Below are positions 1 through 11,649 of a stretch of 64,000 nucleotides of DNA, piece by piece. The notes beneath the pieces are model-generated. The model had not been told where the DNA came from, made no database searches, and saw only the letters and a program-made list of their open reading frames with translations. The DNA is from Raillietiella orientalis (Eukaryota): positions 1,674,001 through 1,738,000 of the forward strand of contig JAYWIR010000037.1 in the NCBI GenBank assembly GCA_036172245.1. The letters are read 5' to 3'. A program made the translations under genes and the position numbers. Within the stretch, counting starts at the first letter, position 1. Each line of letters begins with the position of its first letter.

Positions 1-470
1 TCTGGGACTCGTGCACTTGGTCACAGCTTTCGTGCCTTCCGAAACGGCGTGCTTAGCCCATTCTCCGGCAGTCCTCCGTTTGTTTGCATGTCTTCCGCAA
101 CTTAGTGAAGTCGTGCGCTTGCTGAAAGACCACGCGCAAGGAGGGTGGTAAATTGGCGGTGCTGCTCTCGAAGGTGCCGTTCACACGGAATCGTTCAGGG
201 CCGATATGACCTTGATCGAGATGTTACGTGCAGGTTCACTTCCTCCAGCACTTTGCACTGTGCAGCTCGCCCAATCCTTCCACTTCCGCTGCTTTTCTTC
301 TCGTCTCCTTTTGCAATATTTTGCCTGTCTTACTGCTTTCCCTCTACCCATCCTCGACCCCGCTGCACCCTGCAGTGCTTCGTACGGGAACCCACAATCC
401 CAACACCCTTCTGCCACCAACAAAAATGAATTTTAGACTGTCGGAGCTCTTCATTAAGGATGCTTGATAA
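1..470 (-). mobile_element. Decayed non-LTR retrotransposon, APE endonuclease N-terminal region
   Basis: Minus-strand frames give VGIVGSRTKH...GWVEGKQ*DRQ...KKSSGSGRIG and APPIYHPP, resembling the APE pattern DIVGVTETHL...W.G..R...GGGVG...VYRPP. Stops and frameshifts are present. Confidence 0.4.
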
Positions 471-1237
471 ATGAGCCACAAACCAACCGTTCCTTTGGGT
501 AGCAGGAGCGTTGAATGCATCCTTCCTGGTTGTGGTATGCTCGAGAACGCGTGACCTTGTCCTGCTGTATGAGTACTGTGTGCTGCACTTCTGCATTCGA
601 AACTTCAAGTGGTAAACTTGTCCTCTAACATAAGTGAATCAACGTCCACTTTTCACTGTAACGAATGAAGATTTCCATGCTTTTATCATCCCGAAAGAGA
701 GCGCAAGTCTTTGAATATGTTAATCACAGACATTCTAATATTATATTGGAAGGAATGTATATTCATGTATTCTTAATATGACCTTTGATACATTCGTAAT
801 GATGTTGTCATGCCTTTTGCGTTTTAGAGGCTTTTCACTGCCCTGAAAAATAGAAAACTGGGAGGCTTGATCTGTCGATGAAGCAGATGCATGATCTTAT
901 GAGTTTATTCCGATCTGTCTGAATTCAGGGTTGCATTTCTCTTTCATAGTCATTTCTAGCAAATCGCATTCCTAAACTTGTTTAAAGAGAAACTCTTAGG
1001 AGTCTTTTCCAAATAGAGAATAGCTGTCCGGTTTCGTGGCAACGGAGAGACTACGTCCTCTTTGAAAATTGGTTCTGGAAGTACACCTTTCTATCTTATA
1101 AATGGAATTCTCATGCGCTTTGTACTGGGGATCCAAAGGTTTCTGCCAGAATGAACTCTGTTGATGGTTTTCTCTTTGTTCCCTTGAGGTAAAACTTTTA
1201 GATCAAATTATGCTTTCGCACTCTTCAAGAAGGATAT

Positions 1238-1530
1238 TTGAGACTCATCCGAGAAAAGGATTCTCATCCTTGCGATCAGAGTCTGACGAATCTCCAGTTC
1301 GAAGTAATGCATCTTCAGCAGAATTCGAAACGTGTGCAAGCGCAAAGCCAACAAAACGTCAAACCGAATAACTTGCCAGTGGATAAGGGGAGACACAGAT
1401 GCTGGGATAAAGGCTGTTTCCTGATAGAGTTCCTCAAAGATTACCCGAAAAACCAGAACCTTCAAAATCTTTTAAAAATCACAAAAGTAGGCGATGAAGA
1501 AAGAAGTCCTGAAGCATACGAATACGGAAA
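1238..1530 (+). mobile_element. Decayed CR1/L2-like RT C-terminal fragment
   Basis: FEVMHLQQNS...NNLPVDKGRHRCWDKGCFLIEFL resembles the CR1 post-RT pattern KCKVMHLG..N...L.....KDLGV.I...L. Confidence 0.35.
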
Positions 1531-3739
1531 AGTTTTCGTGTACATTTTGTAGCAGTGTTCTTTCTTCTCGGGCTAGTTAAAGTATTCATTGCTTGTCTAA
1601 AGGAGGCGAGTTTGAAAACATATGTAATGAGTTTCCCTATCCATCTATCTATGTGCACACGCACACACATGTGCATTTTTTTTTTAAAAAAAAAAGAACA
1701 TATAAGAAAGGAACTCATACTGCAGCTTCTGGGAATCAGATGTCGGTTGTATCTACTTTTTAATCTTTCCTTTTTTTTGTATTCCGTCGAGTGAACAGGG
1801 GCACGATATTTCCGAATCCATTTTTCGTCCAGTGATTCTGAGATGGCCGCACCTTTCCTGAAAGGCTAGAGCAATAGCATCAGACCTCGTTGGCACGGAA
1901 GCAAATCTTCGGTGCCAATCTTCAGAAACGACGTTTCAGATTGTTTTCGTTTCAATCTACTGTTTCGCTACTTCAGGGAATTTGAAAGAGTGGATCAATG
2001 GAAAAGCCGTAGACGTCTCTGGGGGTCAGAATTTGAAATGGAGAAGAACTGAAGGAAACTCCTCATACAGAATGTGTTCTTAGTGTGGGGAGATCCTACG
2101 TCATTCACATCGTTTGTCGAGATACAAGAAAAGAAGGGATTTAGCGTGGACTCTCAAGCAGGCATATCATAAAACTGGGATTTTGAAATTCCTTGCTCCG
2201 TCAGCGGTCTTCATTTTTGAGTGAAACCCTGCTGCACTCTTCAGATCTCTTTGAAGCTCGCAATTTTGTTTCGCACACATCAGTATGATGCAGTTCCCAC
2301 TGAACCAGTAAGAATATGATCCTTGCTGACGTTTTAATAAATGTGTCGGAAGCAGGAGACGATGGGGGCGGGAACTTTTTTTCGCGTCTCATCCTCATTT
2401 GAATTCACCAGGTCACGACCCGGTTCTAAGATCCTTTTCAGACACGCGGCTTTTATGGAAAGGGATATTCAGAGTTCCTTGCGTAGAGCGCTCTTGATTG
2501 CTTCGCTTTGGTTCCGGTTTGCACTTTCACGGCACAAAAGAGGGTCATTTCTTCTTCAGGATCAGAAATTTTTCTTAATTGTTGCTCCTGGTAAAGCTTG
2601 GTGAGCGTGTATGACATTTCAGAATCCATGCTTTTGAGCAAATGACCTCAGTTAATCAGCTGCACTTGACAATCGTATTATGATAGCGATTATCGAAAGA
2701 ACAAAGGATGGCGCTTAACAGATATCTGCACGGTTTCAAAAGTAGGAATGAACTCATGCTCATTATGAACTCTTTGAGTCAGAAGCTATGCATCATACAA
2801 AAGGGATGGTCACGCGAGGCTTTTCTGAGGGCCTTCGAGATAGGGTGGTTCAGAAAGACTGCTGTCTATTTTCCGATTTCGTCTTTGCTTATTCTCGTCT
2901 CCTACTGAGGAATTCCATGCATTCCTTTACAATACCTCAAGTTCTACGCTCGGGTTGATGTCAGCAAATGCAAATATTTGGAGTTCTTATTTGAAAGACA
3001 AATGCGGGAAGCCGATCACTGAGAGACAAAGTGCAAGTTTCTCAATTGAAGGCGAGAATGGGAACCGCTGAATTTTTTGCTTTCCCTTAAAAAAAAAAAA
3101 AAAAAAGGACCAGAAGTTCTGGGGGGCTAATCACTCATTAGCCCAACAAAAGTTTTCTCAGCAAGAGATTTCCTAAGATCAACAAAATATCGATCTCTTT
3201 AGCTTCTCGTGCATTTTGGAAAGTGTGGCTCAAAATCCTCTTTTTCGCAAGATCTTTCTCGTCTTCAGAGCAAAACATAAGTCCACATCTTTCTTGAACG
3301 ATGGATGCAGTGAGTGGATGTATGGGTGCACCTTGACTTTTTTATTCGACTTCAACTGTGGCGTCCACTGCTCCAGAGCCGAGAAGATGGCTTTTAGATT
3401 TTCTATGAGTACTGAAAACAGCACTGATGAGAAAAAATCATCCCTCTTCGGTTTCGATGAGCATCTGAGTTTACCTATCTTACGAATACTTGCGTTCAGA
3501 AGCTTTAAATGAACTAGAAGTTGATGTTTGCCGCATTGTGTCCTTCGTTTTAGGAGATGCTTGAAATTCCTGCTTTTTGAATTATCCCTTTAACATCCCA
3601 TTCGAAACATTTCATAACCAGGAATTCTAGGACAGTCTTCTTTATACAGTTATGTAAGGCGTAATTCAAGTAAGAAGTAGCTCTTTATACATCCTCTGTC
3701 ATACCGCCTGCTTTGTACAGCAAAAGGCGTTGCTTTAGC

Positions 3740-4080
3740 ACTCGTGGCAAAAGACATCGAACCTGCTTCGTACTACCACGATTTCACTTCCCTTGCTGCG
3801 AACCAGAGATTGCACTTCATGAAACGCTCCACACGAATAAGAAAGCGGTTGCCGGCAATCGAATCTGATGCTCTGGTTACAGGAGATCACCACCCCTGGA
3901 CCCCTAGCATTCTGAACTGAGTAAACCGTATGAGAGTGCATCTGGTACTGAGTCCCCAATAAATAAATACGTAGTGGTGTCCCGTCGAAGCTCCTGAACT
4001 TCCTGGAAGCCACAATCCATCGATCCCGTCGAATCTCTTGATTAATTGGCTCCAGGAAGAACAGATGAGAGCTCGGCACT
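3740..4080 (+). mobile_element. Decayed LINE fragment (endonuclease and RT pieces)
   Basis: ASYYH...SDALVTGDHHPW (cf. ILGDFNAHHPxW), followed by SGVPSKLLNFLEATI (cf. GIxGKLLxWIxSFL). Confidence 0.4.
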
Positions 4081-5141
4081 TCCAGATTTACTTCTCAGCT
4101 GAAAGAAGAAACCCGTTCTAGGATTCCTGTGAAATGAATTTCATGCACTGAGCCATTTGCTCGATTTGGAAGATGAATGTGCAAAAAAAAAAAAGTTGGT
4201 GGGAAATAGTAATACAGTATCAAAGTGATCAGTACGGATTTTAGTCTCAGATGACTAAAAGTTTGCCAGCACTCATGGGGAGTTTTGGGAGCGGCACCCG
4301 TGACGGAAAGTGTGCTTGTGCCTCGAGGGCAACTAGTAAGATAGAGAATTCATACGAACGTCAGCTAACTTGAGGTGCGTGCGTGTGTACAGGCAGTCGA
4401 AACTATTGAACGGGGCTTTGAGGGCTGAAGAACCTAAGCGTCGCTTAAGAACTCTGTGTTTCGTGAGTTATCTGTGTAGGAGTCGAGAAACCCTAAGCTG
4501 CAAAAAGCAGAGATTTCCTATTTTAAGAAAGAAAGTCCAATACCGCAGTATCAGCGAAGAGTTGTTGACGCAAGACCGAAAAGCTTGTTGCAAACAGCGA
4601 GCTGCAATGTTTGCAGATTTGGGAATGCTACATACCTAATGTTGGCTCCGTCTTGATAAAGGATGATGCAACGAAACGAAACTGGTATTCAAACCTTTGA
4701 CTTCGGTTTCACAGTCAAAAAAACAATATCCGACAACTCTTTCTGCAAGGAGGAAACTTGGCTGGTATTTGCTGAGGAGACTCGGAAGGCATCGGGCATT
4801 CTTGCATCACGCCCCTTGGAAACTGAGTTCTGACGTCCGGATCTGGTATTAATGCTTTTCTTCACTGTATTCAGCATCGGAAAAGCTTTTTACGAAACTC
4901 CAGGATGCATTAAAGTATTGCAGCTTTTAGAATTGATTAACTGCAGCAAAAAATGAAGGCACCGTTGAAGGAAACTCCCAGTTCAAAAGTCGATGAATGC
5001 TGCTGTGCAAAGCAGAGCGAGATGGACTTTGAGTTGCCTTTCATTTTGTTGTAGAATGCCTCTTTTGATTTTTAGTGCAATAATTCTTTGGGAAATGCAC
5101 TTTCACAAAAATGGATCCTCTCGCGTGGGGCTGAAGGCTAG

Positions 5142-5253
5142 CATCGAACGCTTCCACCTACGAATCAACCTCTATCCATCTCATTCAAAAAGCATCCTCG
5201 TCTTCAATTCAGCAGAAGGAAATAATTTTTAGGTTAACCTTTGAATTTAGAAG
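5142..5253 (+). CDS. Candidate exon of SEA-like/TM gene (Ser/Thr-rich stretch and first SEA-like strand)
   Basis: Open frame SNASTYESTSIHLIQKASSSSIQQKEIIFRLTFEFR ends at a phase-2 donor AG|gtgcat (5254) that joins in frame to the exon at 5453. The 5' boundary is uncertain: weak acceptor and an in-frame TGA at 5132. Confidence 0.35.
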
Positions 5254-5452
5254 GTGCATGTGTTCTGTGTATTCTGTTGATGCATGCGAAGAAATTACAA
5301 TCTTTAGGCATTATATAAGTGCTGTTTGGTAATTCTGGTCAGAAAATCTCAGATGGAAATCAGAGAACGTTCGTGTTATTGCTGATGGTAATGGCTTTAG
5401 GACACTTGTCCGTGTAGTTCTACTCTAGACCTCTGCTTTTTTTCGTTGGAAG

Positions 5453-5556
5453 GCCTACCACTTTTTCCATCCAACTCTCCAATCATGAGGCTGATGTCAA
5501 ACGGGAATATGCTGATTCTTTGCTTCAAAAAATCTCTGTATTAGCGAACAACGAAA
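5453..5556 (+). CDS. Candidate exon, SEA-domain-like helix
   Basis: Acceptor ctgctttttttcgttggaag|. The spliced product FRLTFEFRRPTTFSIQLSNHEADVKREYADSLLQKIS fits the SEA pattern F..TF.I....FS..L.N..S..F......I. The 3' donor is weak or uncertain. Confidence 0.4.
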
Positions 5557-5644
5557 GTCATCCTTGTTTCTCTGCACTTTAGAAGGGCAGCTGCTCTCCA
5601 CCATTCCAAGCCTTTCTTGAATATTGGCATCTGTTGAATTCCAG

Positions 5645-5746
5645 CAGTGATTTTCAGAACGAGCACAAATGATCTCCTCGATGCCCAAAATGCGTACTTT
5701 TGCATCTCTGATGCCTTGCAGATGAATGTTTGGGGGAATCGCTATT
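5645..5746 (+). CDS. Candidate exon, C-terminal half of SEA-like domain
   Basis: VIFRTSTNDLLDAQNAYFCISDALQMNVWGNRY ends at a phase-1 donor |gtaaat (5747). A 79-nt intron joins it in frame to the TM exon. The acceptor could be at 5644, 5647 or 5657. Confidence 0.4.
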
Positions 5747-5825
5747 GTAAATGTGTTGGGGCTTAAGAAGACTGGTGCCTTTCGGTCTGATACTGTGCTG
5801 ATGTTTGGTTCCTTCGTAATTTCAG

Positions 5826-6059
5826 TCAACGCCACTTTCACTGTTTTGACTCCTTTGATTCTGTTTGGGATTTTGGCAAGCATCCTGTTTCTCGCCTCCA
5901 TCTGGATAGCTCGGGTTATCAAGCGTAAAACGAAATCAAGACTGAATGTTCCCATGCCTTGCAATGAGGAGAACCTATGGCAGCACAGAGAAAGCGAGAT
6001 TTTCTATGACCATCTGGATGGGAACCGAACATGGAGTGTGAGAATCAGGGATGGCAACT
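5826..6059 (+). CDS. Exon encoding transmembrane helix and juxtamembrane tail of a single-pass membrane protein
   Basis: Acceptor gtaatttcag|, donor |gtaagc. Translation NATFTVLTPLILFGILASILFLASIWIARVIKRKTKSR...EIFYDHLDG shows a hydrophobic helix, a basic stop-transfer cluster and a Tyr motif. Phase 1-1. Confidence 0.65.
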
Positions 6060-6112
6060 GTAAGCATTTGTCGAACTGAAAGCCATCGCAAGTTTCGTCT
6101 GGATTTTCGTAG

Positions 6113-6172
6113 CGCCTTCCTATCATGGCCAAGAGAACTGCTGGGAACAGAGAATGGGCGAATGCAGGGGTG
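6113..6172 (+). CDS. 60-nt internal exon of the same gene
   Basis: Acceptor gattttcgtag| after a 53-nt intron, donor |gtgagc. Open in phase 1: SPSYHGQENCWEQRMGECRG. Confidence 0.55.
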
Positions 6173-6243
6173 GTGAGCCGTTTTCACCTTTACTTCAGGT
6201 AGGAACCATGCTCTTCGAGACCGTCCTAAGTTTTTTTTTTTAG

Positions 6244-6350
6244 AGTTGCGACGCAAGTACCCCAAAGTCACCCTTGCTTTAGAGGCACTGTGTGAAGAAT
6301 CCGAACACGAAACTGCAGTGACAAAGATTCCTCCTATCTTCAACCTTTGA
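6244..6350 (+). CDS. Terminal coding exon of the same gene
   Basis: Acceptor poly-T tag| after a 71-nt intron. In frame ELRRKYPKVTLALEALCEESEHETAVTKIPPIFNL*, followed by an AT-rich 3' UTR. Confidence 0.55.
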
Positions 6351-6439
6351 AACTTCTATGGAAAATATTTTTGTATAAAAAACAATGTAGAGAAATGAAA
6401 ATATATTTGTATGATTATTAAAGCTTCTTTAACATTGAG

Positions 6440-6445
6440 AATAAA
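6440..6445 (+). promoter_or_regulatory. Polyadenylation signal AATAAA for the TM gene
   Basis: AATAAA lies 90 nt after the stop codon in AT-rich sequence, with T/G-rich sequence downstream. Confidence 0.4.
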
Positions 6446-7399
6446 CTTGAATTTTGTGCCACACACGCTCACATCCTCAATTCCGATCACGGCCCTGTCT
6501 GCGATCAGTAGAGAGACTTAGTGGATGATGATGAAGCACGATGCGATGTAGAGACAAGCAGGATTATGGTTCTGAGGAACAAACCACATCCCTTGTCATT
6601 TCACACTCCTAAACAGTATGATTGCTTGCATTGAAAATTCTACTGCTAGCAACGTTCTCAGCTCTTGCAGTAGTAATTTCGAGAAATAGAGAATCTTCAA
6701 CAGTATTCATTTTATTAGAGGAGGCGTGGTCATATCTATAAAAGAGACAACTAAATAAAATAACCGGTGAACTTCAAACCGTCTACAGAGTTCGTCCTTT
6801 CATCGGAAATTACCCAAATTGATGGAACTACGAATTCGGGAGCTTACAATGTGATAAATGGCATTCCTGATTGAATACAATTTTAGTGTACGTTCCTCGA
6901 AAGCTGCTTTTCCACAAACACTCGAAATATGTAACAGCTAAAATCCCTCTATTTCACCATGCTAATCGGATCAACTTTTTCATCCTGAAAGCATTCTCAC
7001 GTTCAAGAAATCTAGTTTCGACGGAAGTTGCTAAGCATACGGGATGCCCTACGTTTCCGAGTGTCACTTTAAAGGCTCTCCAGATATAAGCGATGAGCGA
7101 TTTGACAGTGCTCAATCTTAAGTTTTCGTTAACATAAAGTGACTTTGATTCATAGCAATGAAACCCACTGATAGCTGTTTGCTGGTCCAATTTCCATGGA
7201 TGCATGGAACGTAATATTACTCAGAGTAAATGATCTGTACATTTGGCCCGTTTCTCCTCATAGTGTCCTTGGGAAACAAGTCTCTACTACGAAACGGTGA
7301 TTCACCTTTAAGGAAACATGTCATGGGTAATATTGCGGGGAGAGTACAAATATCAAATGGCAAAGAAATGATTAGTCAACACCCTTATTCCCTACCATG

Positions 7400-7640
7400 C
7401 TAGTCCATCTACTATTTCTTGTGCTTTGGATCGGAAGTCTAACTGGAGTCAACACTGCTGTATTGAAGATTTCCTACCATAGCAATCGCCGCAAGCATCT
7501 AGATAAATGCGCTCCGGATGGTACCCCAAACCACTCCCAGATTCATCATTATTAATGGATAAGATGCTGGACAAATGTCCCAGTGCAGTGAAAGTGAGTA
7601 TGAGATCTGATATGCTGCTGTCAGTAAGATCGCAAATTAT
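7400..7640 (+). mobile_element. Possible Academ-like transposon C-terminal remnant
   Basis: PNHSQIHHY*W...DLICCCQ loosely resembles the P.P..YGW...ELIKCGC Cys-rich end of Academ-type proteins. Confidence 0.25.
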
Positions 7641-8149
7641 GAATCACAGATCATGAAGATCACGTTGAGCTGGGGATACTGCAGCATCATGCCTATAGTT
7701 ACTCTGGTTCCATTTCACCGCATCAGTGTTGCTGTGCATACTAACGACGTGAAGTTCATTAGAGAGTGCCTTAGAGAGTGCAACAGTTTCTAAAAGCAAT
7801 CGAATACTAACATATTTGGAAACTGCACATTTGGAATTCGAAAAATGAGTCGCTCTTGAAAACGAAGAAACAGTTAGAAGGAAAAGCGTGGAAAGAGAGC
7901 TATGAAACTAAAAAGCAAAAGAGCTCCTCAGTTTTTGAAAACTGACCACAGTCAGTGAATGAGTTCGCTGGAAAATAATGATGTTCCATATAACTCAAAC
8001 TATCATGTGTTGATGCTGTCGAGTTGCGCTTCCCATTCAAGTGCAAGTTGTTTCTGGACTCTGAAAGAAGATGGCTCAAACCTTTAGTAAATACTTCATT
8101 ATTCAATACAAAGATAATTATAAACTGGCGTAAGGTACAAGTAACAGTC

Positions 8150-8460
8150 TTTTTCATCTTCTTTCTATTCGAGGACGGGCTCAGAGACAGCAAAGAATGT
8201 TGATAAATCTGATGGGGGTCATCAGAGGTTTGTACGATGACAAAAGACGAGGAAATGCATGCCTCACAAATAAGCCAAATCATCCTGCTTTGAATCGAAT
8301 ACAAGCTGGCATCACCAAAGTACACTGTTTCTGTTGGAGTGACTTCTATCGTGTACTTACGCGAAGAATGTATTACCGAAATGGTATGGTTGTCATCTGT
8401 AATGTTGATGTATAATGCAATGCTATTGTGGATAAGTGTATCAAAATATCTGCAGTTCTC
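8150..8460 (+). mobile_element. Decayed LINE reverse transcriptase core
   Basis: VIRGLYDD...RIQAGITKVHCFCWSDF...GMVVICNVDV*CNAIVD follows the RT order LIxxLY...GVxQGxxLSPxLF...GI.I....YADD. Confidence 0.45.
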
Positions 8461-10064
8461 AACTTGTAGCATTTTTAGATTCTGAGTAATAGCTTTTCCA
8501 CATTAAAATACTTTAATAAAAAGTGCTTTTAATGAAAGATATCAGTGATTTTTCGAGGCTTCCCTTGTCATTAACGTAGCATAAACCACAAACAACAAGA
8601 CTGCGTACAAGATAGGGATTCAACCCTCTCATGCTCGAACTCTCATTTGTATCTCAGTCTATTCGGCATTTCCGCATCACGGGATACAATAGCTCAAATG
8701 TTTCGTTTTCCCTATCAATCATGGACCCACCCACTTCGAACGACCTTGGACTGGGTCTCGATTACGTTTATAGTTCCGCTTTTTAACCTGATGAAGCAAT
8801 TAAGAATTCCAAAATTTGCATGAGAAAAATAACCATAGTCATCATTTCTGTCCACAGTTTGACCTTGCCTGCATTTGTCCACCCTTGCTAACAAAAAAAA
8901 AAAAAAAAACGTCGAAGTATTCTTACATTTGCAGTTCACTTCAAGGATGTTCTCAAATACTAAATTTAGTCATCAAACTTTGTGGCAAATAGAATTGTCA
9001 GCTCGCTTATTTCCATGAAATCCTTTACGGGTTCAAAAGAGCACATTCGTTTGAAAAGCGTCTTAAGATTTTGTTTTTTCGAAATTCTACTGATTGAGGT
9101 GTCTCTTAGTGCTGCTTCCAGCTTCCGGTGATCTTTGCCATCATGTCGTGCATCAATTGGTTCCGTTCAAACTACATACATTTTCGTGCTTTTTATGAAG
9201 CATCAGAAATGATCCTTGAAACTTGAAAATTTCCTCACGTTACCGAGTGGGCAGTGCTTCTGCCTCGCAATGCAATTTCGTCGCAATTTTGCTGAAGAGG
9301 AATGGACCTTGTTTTGAAGATACGCGCGGATGTAACTCTGGGAGCGTGCAAGTGTTTCACTGCTGCGAAAAAAGATACGCCCCGAACCGGAGATGAAAGC
9401 TCTGGAAAATATAAAGGATGAGATTTCCAACTTCGTTATACGTCTTTATCATGCCTTTTGCCATCTTCCTCCAACACCCCGGAGTGCTTTCAAAGAATCA
9501 TAAAAAAGATCGTTTTCCTTTGAACATTTTAAGATAAACTGGATAAGCATTGGATCCCTCTTGCCAATAGTGTCATTAAGCTCATCCTGTTGCTGCAAAA
9601 TAATTCATTACATCATTTGCAGCTAACCTGAGAAATGATGCTACCATTCCTTTTCGTCCCAATGAAATTTTAATTTTTGCTATTGCCGTTGCAGTTTCCT
9701 TGCTGGCAACATTAGTTTTTGTTCCCGTTTTCTGGATTAATGTTATCATATGGTTCGTGGGTTCTCAAGCTCAAACCAGAGACTCCAAGCACCAAAAAAG
9801 TTGAAAACTCAACTTGGTCTTCATTCCGATTTTATTGCCTATCTACCTGTGCAGGACAAGTAAAAATCAAGAAAACACATCTTTCTTGTAAAATGGATTT
9901 CATATGCTGCCATGGATTGACACCACAAGATGCGTCTTTCCTTAAGGAAAGTATCTAATTAAAAGCATGGGAAGGCAGCATTGACATGGATAAATGTAAC
10001 GTACGAAGCCGATTATTCGTGTTATGTACTTAATCCGATAACAGGTGAAGTCTTCTCACTTCCT

Positions 10065-10445
10065 TGGTGGTATATGGTGTATGTGGTGTATTTAGGATTA
10101 GTTTTTTTATCATCCCTAAGGTGAACAACTGCAGGGAGGTCCGTATTAAGGAGCTTTGAATATACTTCAAGAACTTTTGCTTTTTACATTCTAAGTATAT
10201 TAGAGTGGTGTGTAGGGTTTGTAGTGGGTTTTCCTCATTGTGGGAGAAAAAGGAAGCTGGAGAATAGCTGTGAAATCACTAACTGTTGCTCATGAGACAT
10301 AATATAACAAATTAAACTAGATGAGTTATGAGGTAGGTATAAGGAGAATATGAGGACCTAATGGATGATGGAAGAGGAGTAAAAAAAAAATAGTTATAGG
10401 TAATGAGGGGTTTAAAGAAAGGCTATGATGGTGGGTTTCATACTA
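10065..10445 (+). pseudogene. nad5: NUMT: decayed 3' part of mitochondrial nad5 (probable)
   Basis: Abrupt G/T-rich, C-poor block. The invertebrate mt-code translation gives VYLGLVFLSSLSWTTAGS, WCVGFVVGF and YEVGMSSMWGPNGW, in the order of nad5 C-terminal motifs (GLLIMSIIGGS, IVGGLFGY, DxGWxExxGGxG). Confidence 0.5.
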
Positions 10446-10959
10446 AAGGTGGAGACATGTTAGTTTATCGGGTAACTGATTCAAGTGAATGACTGCAACG
10501 CGTTAAGAAACAGACAGGAATCTGTGATCAAAAATAAGGAGAGATCCGATGTCGTCAAGCCCTAATAAGTATTTGAATTGCTCCTGCATCCATAGTGCCG
10601 AATAAGAAATCACATGAGCATCGCCTCAGTGACCAGAGGCATGATTGTTTTCGAGCTTGCATTACATGCTAATATATCCGCATTAATGAAATCCATCTCA
10701 CGTTTCTGTGACAACCGTCACATAAGAGATCAGCTAGCAAAATCCTTCAATTGTGAGTTTGTTGGATGGTTGGGTGGATTGCAGCATTCAGAACAAAATA
10801 ACGGTTCTTAGAACAGAGCTTAGAATACTTGTTTCTGCATCCGTAAAGAAATGATATTCAGGAAGTGTGAAAAAGAGATCCTTATTTGCGTGTGTTTTGT
10901 CTCATTGAACCAATACTTTTGGCCAAGCCAAGATATCCGCTATCTCAGAAGATGGGTGG

Positions 10960-11400
10960 GTGAATGCCGACATTAGAAAACACATGCAAATAGGAATTTC
11001 CTGTTGGGATAGCCATGAGGACGAAGAAGGACACCCAAGTCGAAGGAATTACCGACTTTATTCGATTTGCTGCAAACTAGAAGCACGAACTTTTATTTTT
11101 GAACGATGTGGTGTGGTGATTTGGAGAAAACTGCCATCGTGTGCCAAGGAAGGGAATTTTTTTTTTTTTATGTACACAAAAACGGGGATATCCTGCTTAA
11201 GACGAGTGGTTGCTTGTCGTAGCAGTATTCTAATTTGCCCAAAACAGCACAAACCTGATAATATGAAAAGGAAATACGATTCTAAGATCAAGAAGGTTCC
11301 CGTCTTCTCATGTTTTAACCGGATAGCAAGAACCTTGGAGTTTAAAGAGTTCGTTGAATTCCGAATATATCCAAGCACAAGAAAGAAGCATATACGGATG
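10960..11400 (+). mobile_element. Decayed LINE RT N-terminal region
   Basis: EEGHPSRRNYRLYSICCKL resembles KKG....NYRPISL...K, and a later KYDSK resembles KAFDxV. Confidence 0.45.
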
Positions 11401-11649
11401 TCACTCATATATTGAAACTGATGAAGGGTTGGAAGATGACGAATAAGAGTGCTGTAGCTAATGGACGTCACACAGAAGCTTGTTCCTTCATTTAGACAAT
11501 TAAAATTAATAACTATTTTACCACAAGGTGCTAAAAGGAAGAGCCGAGTGGCAGAAATTGTATTATTTGCATTATTTGTGCTCCCTAAAGAATGAGAGAA
11601 AAAGTGCTTCCCTTTTATTCTGCTTAGGAAGACTTATTCGCTACACAAG

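Noticed and set aside
5497..5964. 155-aa minus-strand ORF
   Set aside because: It is the antisense shadow of the spliced + strand TM gene and has no recognisable motif.
7900..8472. 190-aa minus-strand ORF
   Set aside because: It lies antisense to a LINE RT remnant and has no domain signature.
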